IMG/VR virus record: IMGVR_UViG_3300005294_000013
Strand: one strand, 5' to 3'
Length of the DNA: 20,000 bases
Source of the DNA: an uncultured virus (IMG/VR IMGVR_UViG_3300005294_000013)
Lineage: Duplodnaviria > Heunggongvirae > Uroviricota > Caudoviricetes
Within the stretch, counting starts at the first letter, position 1. Each line of letters opens with the position of its first letter. Both the position numbers and the translations under genes were made by a program. Of the stretch, positions 14,165 to 20,000 are shown piece after piece. The notes under the pieces are model-generated. The model saw only the letters and a list, made by a program, of their open reading frames with translations. It searched no databases and was not told the origin of the DNA.

Positions 14165-16418
14165 ATTTATCCCTCGACGGTAGGTCTGATGGTTGGGGGT
14201 TATCCTTACGCACATTATCGAGGACGTGCGTTAGCTGCGGGTGTCGTAGATCAAACTCGACACACCGTGTGAGGTACGCTCCTGGTGGGTTAGCCCGGTT
14301 GGATTTACCTATCGTAGCGTGTTTAGCAGCGTCAATCTTCCATCTTAGTTCCATATCTTTTCTGAGTTGTTTCCAGTTGATATGATATTTCCTACACCAT
14401 TCAATTAGAGTGTAGCGGTTGACCCGCATCACCTCATCCTCAAGCGCAATATGTATTTCTATACGTTTAGCATTTTGGTTTGGGTACCGTATCGCAACGG
14501 GTATGGTTTTTGTATTAAGATTAGTACTCATAATATCGGTCACTAAAGTCTCTTGCTGGAACGACGATATAAATTTATCCAGCACCTCCTCGGCACCCTG
14601 GGCTAGAACTATTGCTTCCCCCCGCTCGCGGCGAAGGCTGTTAAAGTTGGTAAATAAGAAATCCCGCATGCTGGCGAGGTCGAAATTAACTAGTTTTAGG
14701 TGAAATGCGTATAAAGCGCCGAGTAAGATACAGGTAATAAATCCAATATAAAACCGCTCGCCAGCTTGTGGCTTAAGTATCTCCACAAGCTGCCTAGTGA
14801 AAGTGTGGTAGTCGTTTTGTACTCTATCCATGTTTTGCGCCAGCCACGCTGCGTATACCGCGCCGGCAGTACCACGGTTAGCCTCAAACGCACCTACCAG
14901 ACTCGTATCCGTATTGCCTTCGTACATTGTTTGGAGGGGGAATGAAAATAAACGCAACGCCCCCGCATCGGTCGTCGCACCAGTCATGTGGATTACATCA
15001 TCCATAATTTCCTGGTTTGTTGTAATCACACATATGCTACTCCACGCATTCACCTTACGCGCCGCCGCGTTGCGGTCGAGCCGGAGTTTGTCGCTACCCT
15101 CCGATATCGAGAACAACATCTCGATAACTCGCTTACTACTATCATCATCGTAAATCCTAATCTCATCGAGGTACTGCGGCATCGAGTGCCACTTACCCAG
15201 CCGATCGCTAATAGCGTTGACGGTATCTCGCAGCTTGATGTGGTTACCATGCCACGAGGTCCACACCGACTGCCCCGCGGCGGCAGCGGTGGATTTAGCA
15301 GTACCGGACGCGCCATAGGTCGAAGCGATTAGCCCCCCGCCAAAATGCCCGAGCTGGACTAGCGGTGCTGCGAAGGCGGCGGCCACGACGATTTGTATAT
15401 CCGGCCGATCCTTGATCAGGGTGTTTACCGCCTGGGTCCAAGGCTCACGCTTGCCCTTTGGTGTGAAGTCAGCCGCCATGATCGGGTCGGAACAGACAAT
15501 CGACCGGGTGCTGCCATCGGGCTGGTACAATATGTCCCCAACAGCAAACCCGGCCTTGCTCCAGGTACAAGGTTTGATATCGTCATGCACCTGCATCATA
15601 TTTTCTAAATGTTTGATCCAGGCCACGAGAAATCTCCCAAACGTCTTTGCTTCGTGATCGTGTAGTGTGATGTGCTGCCGCGCAAAATATTGTCGAGCAT
15701 GCTGCTCGGTAGGGATCGATACCTCGTCGAAATAAACATAATGTCCAGGGTTGTGGGTAAAAGACAGACGATACCCTTCCGCTAATTTGATCAACCGCGG
15801 TGCGACGACCATGCTTTTTATCACCGCCACCCAGTCGGCCTCGCCCGACTTGTCGACCAGGCGGGCCTCGAGCCAGCCCTGGGCGCGCCGGTAGCCCACC
15901 GGCATATCCCAGTTCTCGACACCGAGGCTGAGCGGCGAGCGGATGTGGCCCCAGTGCGGGCAGCTCGGACACACGTCTCGCCGGTAGCCGTGGTATTTGG
16001 TGCAGGTGGGAAGCCCCAGAGCCTTGCGGGTGCGCTCATCGTGCGCTCGCTGCAACTCCGCGTCGGTGTCAGTCCTCGAGTAGGCAGCGTGCCCCTGCCC
16101 CAGCCGGTGCGCGTACTCGTCGCCGTCAACGCACCCGGTTGCTAGCGTGACGTGCCCCAGGTACCAGAGGTCGCGTGAATCCTGCGCGCCGCCGGTCGCC
16201 AGCGAGGTCTTTACTTGGGCGCAGCGCTCGGCGATCAATGCCATGTAGTGCGGCCGGCGCTCGATGCCGGTCTGCACCGCGGCGTTGAGCCCCTCGTGCC
16301 CAGCGAAGGCGCTGGAGGGGCCTCCGCTCAAGCCGCTGTCGGTGGGTTCGCGCTGTTCGACGAGGTGCTTGTAGGGCGCTAGGGCGGCGTCTAGCTCCCC
16401 CCTGTCAATCGGTCCCAT
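14157..16418 (-). CDS. Cys-cluster domain plus DUF927-type P-loop helicase (C-terminal part of a primase-helicase)
   Basis: PTC..CPSCPHWGHIRSP Cys cluster; AAAFAAPL; Walker A-like GASGTAKST; Walker B YLDE; EGSDKLRL; GALRL; NRGTAG. First credible ATG at 16418. Confidence 0.85.
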   Translation of the reverse strand: MGPIDRGELDAALAPYKHLVEQREPTDSGLSGGPSSAFAGHEGLNAAVQTGIERRPHYMALIAERCAQVKTSLATGGAQDSRDLWYLGHVTLATGCVDGDEYAHRLGQGHAAYSRTDTDAELQRAHDERTRKALGLPTCTKYHGYRRDVCPSCPHWGHIRSPLSLGVENWDMPVGYRRAQGWLEARLVDKSGEADWVAVIKSMVVAPRLIKLAEGYRLSFTHNPGHYVYFDEVSIPTEQHARQYFARQHITLHDHEAKTFGRFLVAWIKHLENMMQVHDDIKPCTWSKAGFAVGDILYQPDGSTRSIVCSDPIMAADFTPKGKREPWTQAVNTLIKDRPDIQIVVAAAFAAPLVQLGHFGGGLIASTYGASGTAKSTAAAAGQSVWTSWHGNHIKLRDTVNAISDRLGKWHSMPQYLDEIRIYDDDSSKRVIEMLFSISEGSDKLRLDRNAAARKVNAWSSICVITTNQEIMDDVIHMTGATTDAGALRLFSFPLQTMYEGNTDTSLVGAFEANRGTAGAVYAAWLAQNMDRVQNDYHTFTRQLVEILKPQAGERFYIGFITCILLGALYAFHLKLVNFDLASMRDFLFTNFNSLRRERGEAIVLAQGAEEVLDKFISSFQQETLVTDIMSTNLNTKTIPVAIRYPNQNAKRIEIHIALEDEVMRVNRYTLIEWCRKYHINWKQLRKDMELRWKIDAAKHATIGKSNRANPPGAYLTRCVEFDLRHPQLTHVLDNVRKDNPQPSDLPSRDKYE

Positions 16419-17067
16419 AATTTGCCGCTGGGGTGAGCGTGTCCCATAGGACTGTAACCGGCATCGGCTGCTCTGGGATTTTATGGTTGCGCGTGTTAGG
16501 AGGGCGCAGGATGCGGCTAGCGTCGCTGGTAATCTGGACATCGCCAGGAGCCTTATGGGCGATCAACGCCGCCTTCACCAACTCAGCACGAGGCTGCCAC
16601 TCAACACGTAGGAAAGTTTGGTCAATGACCCAATACAAGTGTACGCCGTAACCGCTGCGTATGGCTAAATTAGGTTGTGGTATTTTCAAATTGGCGACGA
16701 AGCTTCTAACCTCATTTAAATTAGCAAAGCAACGAGATGGGTCTTTACCATCACCATCGCGTTTAATATCGGCGTCATACCAAAAACATTGCAGTCGATC
16801 GACATTGGCGTGGGTCCGTTCCCCCTTGTATTTTGGGTTTCCCAGCGGATCGTGTCCCGTAGCCTCCGCTAATTTAAACGATGCCGGGGAATACCAGACA
16901 TCCATGTTCTTGCCATCAGCCCAGCGGATGAACGAGGCCGCTTCCTGGGTGCTTGCTCGGGGAAAAAATCTTGTCCCCATCGGTTTACCCGGCCCCTTGT
17001 AGCAGACTGCGAAGAACGCACCGGGCGCAACAACGCTCGCCAGAAATGTGGCGGTATCCATCAGCAA
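16405..17067 (-). CDS. RepB/AEP-type primase catalytic domain
   Basis: FWYDAD (DxD), SGYGVHLYW and DASRILRPPNTRNHK motifs. Start may be the ATG at 17061. Confidence 0.88.
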   Translation of the reverse strand: MLMDTATFLASVVAPGAFFAVCYKGPGKPMGTRFFPRASTQEAASFIRWADGKNMDVWYSPASFKLAEATGHDPLGNPKYKGERTHANVDRLQCFWYDADIKRDGDGKDPSRCFANLNEVRSFVANLKIPQPNLAIRSGYGVHLYWVIDQTFLRVEWQPRAELVKAALIAHKAPGDVQITSDASRILRPPNTRNHKIPEQPMPVTVLWDTLTPAANYGTD

Positions 17068-17077
17068 ACCCCTTGGG

Positions 17078-17106
17078 AAAAGAAAGCGGGGCTTTAAGCC
17101 CCGCTT
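17078..17106 (-). terminator. Intrinsic terminator after the SSB-like gene
   Basis: aagcggggc/gccccgctt stem followed by TCTTTT on the minus strand. Confidence 0.8.
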
Positions 17107-17113
17107 GTAATGG

Positions 17114-18292
17114 CTAGTCGACGCGGGTCGCTAGCAGTGCGTCAATGGCAGCGTTCAGCCCGGCGGGTGCCGTGGATACCGGCGACCCGGCACCGTTAGG
17201 CGAGGGCGGCTCCGGCGCTGTTCTTACACCCGGTGACGCGGAAAGAGGGGCAGTATGCGAAGCCGGCGCGTTGCCCGACGGCGCACCGGCAGCGATAGGG
17301 GCGGCACCGCCAAAGGTGGCGGGCCGCCGCATCGGTGTAACCTTACGAGCTGCTTGGGATGCTTGCAACTCGGCCTCCTTCTCTCGCGCATAGACCGCAG
17401 CCTGCTGCGCCTCGGCAATCGCAGCTTGCGGGGGTGGCGGCGGAGGCTCTGGCGCAGGTGGAGGAGGGGGAGGTGGTGCCGGAGGTTCCGTTGGCGTCTC
17501 CGGCTCCGGCTCGGGGTCACCCTCACCCACCGCCGGCATCGCGACGCTGTCGACCAGGATGCGACCTACTACGGGGTGCGCCATGACCCCTGACTTGCCA
17601 TCCGGCCCGACGACCTGGCGGGCTTCCTCATCGGTGAGCCAGCGCACCGCCGAGAATGTCAATTGCGGGTATGCCAGCTCATGCGAGAACCCGATCCTGG
17701 TTACCAGCGCCTCCAGCGGAGCCCCGCGGCGAGCCAGATTGCCGGCGTAGAGCGACAGGTTGGCGAGGCTGGTCGGCGGCACCCGCAGCAGCATCGGGCC
17801 GCCGTAAGATTCATTCTCGAGGTCCAACGCCGGCACGATCGCGAGGCGCTTACTGTCGGCGCAGCGCTTAGCGCGCTTATTGTCGTCGGTCATCCTCGAG
17901 CCCCACTCGTTCTGGGGGCACCTGGCGCAGAGTGCCGCCTGCTTAGCCGGCACATTAGGCTCCGGCTTGATGCCATCGAGCGAGTAGCAGTCCGGCGGCT
18001 GATCGCTGCCTTCAGTGTAGGGCTTGAGGTAGAAGATCTTACTCACGGCTGCCGAGGCGCCAATAATAACCGCCTCGATAGTCTGGGCCGGCTGGTCTGG
18101 CCGCACCGGATCACGCACAATGTCTTCGTCACCCTGGTAAACTAGGCGCCAGACCTTGCCGCGAAAGGTGACGACGGCAAATCCCAACGGGATGTTTGCT
18201 TGGGCGGCGCTGTTGAGCCCAGAGGTTCTACCCTGATAGATACTCGGGGGCCGCCCTTGATCGAGGACGGCTAGGGCGTTCACTCCACTCAT
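17114..18292 (-). CDS. Putative Zn-binding ssDNA-binding protein with a Pro/Ala-rich tail
   Basis: PDCYSLDG..P..CARCPQN..GS..KRC..KRLA..LLRVPPTSL core; upstream of the primase; own terminator. Function is inferred. Confidence 0.65.
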   Translation of the reverse strand: MSGVNALAVLDQGRPPSIYQGRTSGLNSAAQANIPLGFAVVTFRGKVWRLVYQGDEDIVRDPVRPDQPAQTIEAVIIGASAAVSKIFYLKPYTEGSDQPPDCYSLDGIKPEPNVPAKQAALCARCPQNEWGSRMTDDNKRAKRCADSKRLAIVPALDLENESYGGPMLLRVPPTSLANLSLYAGNLARRGAPLEALVTRIGFSHELAYPQLTFSAVRWLTDEEARQVVGPDGKSGVMAHPVVGRILVDSVAMPAVGEGDPEPEPETPTEPPAPPPPPPPAPEPPPPPPQAAIAEAQQAAVYAREKEAELQASQAARKVTPMRRPATFGGAAPIAAGAPSGNAPASHTAPLSASPGVRTAPEPPSPNGAGSPVSTAPAGLNAAIDALLATRVD

Positions 18293-18324
18293 ACGGAAAT
18301 CCTTCCTATCGCAGCTATAGTCAC

Positions 18325-18741
18325 TCAGCTCCGGCGAACGCGCAAGACGGTTTCTTGGCTCATGTTAACTCCCGGCACCGGTTCACTTGTCTCGTCCATC
18401 AGTGACATTACGGCAGTTTTGCTGACCCTTGCTTCGAGCAGATCCCAGGCTTGGTTGGCTAGGATATAGGACAGTGTCGCGGGCCAGTCCTTGACGGTGA
18501 CAGATGTCTCGGTGTTCATGTACACCGTGCCATCAGGTGACGACATGGAAGTGACACCAGCGGCCTGAAGCTCGCTCAAGATCATGTTGGCTAGCGTCGA
18601 CAACATGTCGTTGAACGGGTGCAGGATCTTTTTATGGTGTTCTTGAAGTTGTTCCTTCCTTCGGCGCAGTGCCAGATACCTTTGTGTCATCTCCGCTACT
18701 GACAGTGGTGCTTCTGGTGCTGCTGGATTTGGTGCGGGCAC
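18325..18741 (-). CDS. Phage replication-module protein (coiled coil plus DW..WDLLEARVSK motif)
   Basis: GGAGGAG RBS before GTG 18741; motif pattern familiar from this gene cluster. Confidence 0.75.
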   Translation of the reverse strand: MPAPNPAAPEAPLSVAEMTQRYLALRRRKEQLQEHHKKILHPFNDMLSTLANMILSELQAAGVTSMSSPDGTVYMNTETSVTVKDWPATLSYILANQAWDLLEARVSKTAVMSLMDETSEPVPGVNMSQETVLRVRRS

Positions 18742-19039
18742 TCGCTCCTCCTGCGGTGTATGTCACCTCGGTGATGTGATCGCCGGTCGGTTTTTCTTCA
18801 CTCGGCGGTGCCATCTGTGTCTGGATCGCGCGAGCGTGGTAGACCGCCAGCCCGTCTTGAATCCACTGGTTGATCCGCGTTGGCATGTCGGGCTCACCCA
18901 GGTGGGCAGACCACAACGTTAGGTAACCTTCCTGCGAGTGGTCATACAGAAACTGGATAAATTCCGGCGGTGCCGGCTGGGTGGGATCGAGCCCGGCCGC
19001 ATCGAGGTCGAGCAGGGTCATCGGTAGTGGGTCAGACAT
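18632..19039 (-). CDS. Hypothetical protein
   Basis: AAGGAGG before ATG 19039 (alternative in-frame ATG 19090); 3' end overlaps the next gene by 110 nt. Confidence 0.55.
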   Translation of the reverse strand: MSDPLPMTLLDLDAAGLDPTQPAPPEFIQFLYDHSQEGYLTLWSAHLGEPDMPTRINQWIQDGLAVYHARAIQTQMAPPSEEKPTGDHITEVTYTAGGASARTKSSSTRSTTVSSGDDTKVSGTAPKEGTTSRTP

Positions 19040-19092
19040 CAGGGTTCCTCCTTGGTAGGTGGTTGCGGTGGGGGCTTGGGAGATTGCCATTA

Positions 19093-19176
19093 CTACTCCT
19101 TGATTTGGCTCCAGAGTTTCGCCGCATCCTCCTCGGTGCGGTGATCTCGCACGATATGCTGTGTCGCCGCCTCCAT
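19093..19176 (-). CDS. Possible 27-aa peptide MEAATQHIVRDHRTEEDAAKLWSQIKE
   Basis: Hand-translated; fills the gap between neighbouring genes almost exactly. Confidence 0.35.
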   Translation of the reverse strand: MEAATQHIVRDHRTEEDAAKLWSQIKE

Positions 19177-19180
19177 CGCC

Positions 19181-19492
19181 TTACGCCCGCCCATTGATTT
19201 CCGGCTGGCCCTCGAAGCGCGCGATCATTTCCTTCATCAGCGTGACGACATCTTGCCGGTTGGCGCCGTTCGACATGTAGTTGCAGCGCCCGGTCGTCTC
19301 GCCGTAGGGAAACACCATCACCACGATGCCGGTTTGGCGCGCGTCGCCCTTGGCGCCGCCGTTTAGAAACTCATCGAGCGTCTGCATGATCGCGGTCATT
19401 CGTTCGTGATACTTGGCCTCGACCGGCGCATCACCGAGCTGTTGGTGCGGGCGTTGCTGATAGAACTCCCGGCGGCGTTTGCTTTCGCCCAT
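19181..19492 (-). CDS. Phage hypothetical protein (103 aa, NYMSN motif)
   Basis: Tight operon spacing; globular composition. Confidence 0.75.
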   Translation of the reverse strand: MGESKRRREFYQQRPHQQLGDAPVEAKYHERMTAIMQTLDEFLNGGAKGDARQTGIVVMVFPYGETTGRCNYMSNGANRQDVVTLMKEMIARFEGQPEINGRA

Positions 19493-19495
19493 CGT

Positions 19496-19714
19496 CTATC
19501 TCGTGATGTGTTTGACGGCCCACATGACCGCCTCTTCGATTTTGGTCTTAGCCAGGGACAACTCGCGGCTATTACCTGTATGGTCGCACATTAGATAAAA
19601 TGACCTACCGGCATCTTTTATCGCTTGCATTTGCAGCTTCTCGGTGTCGGTGAGTACGCGGTACTCGTGACGCATCACATTGTTGACGACGCGTTCGTCT
19701 GATGTGCTATCCAC
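19496..19714 (-). CDS. Acb2/Tad1-like helical-hairpin protein (candidate nucleotide-signal sponge)
   Basis: YRVLTDTEKLQMQAIKDAG and SRELSLAKTKIEEAVMWA motifs; GAAGGAG RBS before GTG 19714, which overlaps the upstream stop. Confidence 0.75.
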   Translation of the reverse strand: MDSTSDERVVNNVMRHEYRVLTDTEKLQMQAIKDAGRSFYLMCDHTGNSRELSLAKTKIEEAVMWAVKHITR

Positions 19715-19890
19715 TATATCAACTCCTTCTCCTGGGCGAGCCATTCCGGCATCGTCACAGTGCCATCGTCGTTGACTTCTATCTGCGACAGAGGCAGCCA
19801 GACGGTGTGATCTCCGTCGAAGAACTGGATCGCTCTTTCAGTCCGCGCCCTAACTTGGCCGGCGATGTCGACGAGTTCGTTGCGGCTCAT
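19714..19890 (-). CDS. Small beta-rich protein (58 aa; TERAI..VWLPLSQI..TMPEWLA)
   Basis: Hand-translated; GGAGG RBS; ATGA coupling with the upstream gene. Confidence 0.75.
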   Translation of the reverse strand: MSRNELVDIAGQVRARTERAIQFFDGDHTVWLPLSQIEVNDDGTVTMPEWLAQEKELI

Positions 19891-20000
19891 AGGGCGTCTA
19901 TCCTCCGCTTAATTTCTCTCTCGCCAAGGCAGACCCAAGCCGGGTCGTTAAAGGCGTGGACGGCAAACGCGGCCTTGGCGTGGTCTATGTCCTTGGCATT
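19887..20000 (-). CDS. 3' end of a hypothetical gene (...NAKDIDHAKAAFAVHAFNDPAWVCLGEREIKRRIDAL)
   Basis: Frame is open from the window edge; stop overlaps the next ATG. Confidence 0.55.
   Translation of the reverse strand, partial: NAKDIDHAKAAFAVHAFNDPAWVCLGEREIKRRIDAL

Larger units (their letters stand above)
1..20000. mobile_element. Temperate phage genome segment (virion protein, accessory, integration and replication modules)
   Basis: Integrase, excisionase, Cro-like gene, primase-helicase, SSB-like gene, giant virion-type protein and tightly coupled small ORFs; no host housekeeping genes. Confidence 0.93.

Noticed and set aside
16419..16541. Listed start of the 794-aa ORF at 16541
   Set aside because: Lies within conserved primase motif codons in another frame.

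Overview
A segment of a GC-rich temperate phage genome. Promoter style and gene content suggest an alphaproteobacterial host (inference). Phage genes flank an intact attP-like region, so this is probably the free or excised form. Left to right: (1) a giant polyvalent, probably ejected, virion protein (>2400 aa, open from base 1) with GPGG repeats, a glycosylase-like helical domain, a HEXXH peptidase motif and a PLxRFG-like motif; (2) four small late genes; (3) a ~215-bp unannotated locus that looks like a new type I toxin-antitoxin system (26-aa peptide, antisense promoter inside its ORF, ~120-nt antisense RNA over the RBS, alternative SD-sequestering hairpins); (4) a leftward accessory block with a coiled-coil/winged-helix protein, small Zn-motif proteins and two tandem ParB-fold proteins; (5) a divergent Cro/YdaS-like gene with no CI opposite; (6) attP with IHF-like sites and 10-bp phased repeats, a P4-type integrase and a convergent excisionase; (7) a leftward replication operon with a split primase/DUF927 helicase, an SSB-like protein and small genes including an Acb2/Tad1-like nucleotide-sponge candidate. 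All family calls come from motifs recognised by eye; no database searches were run.
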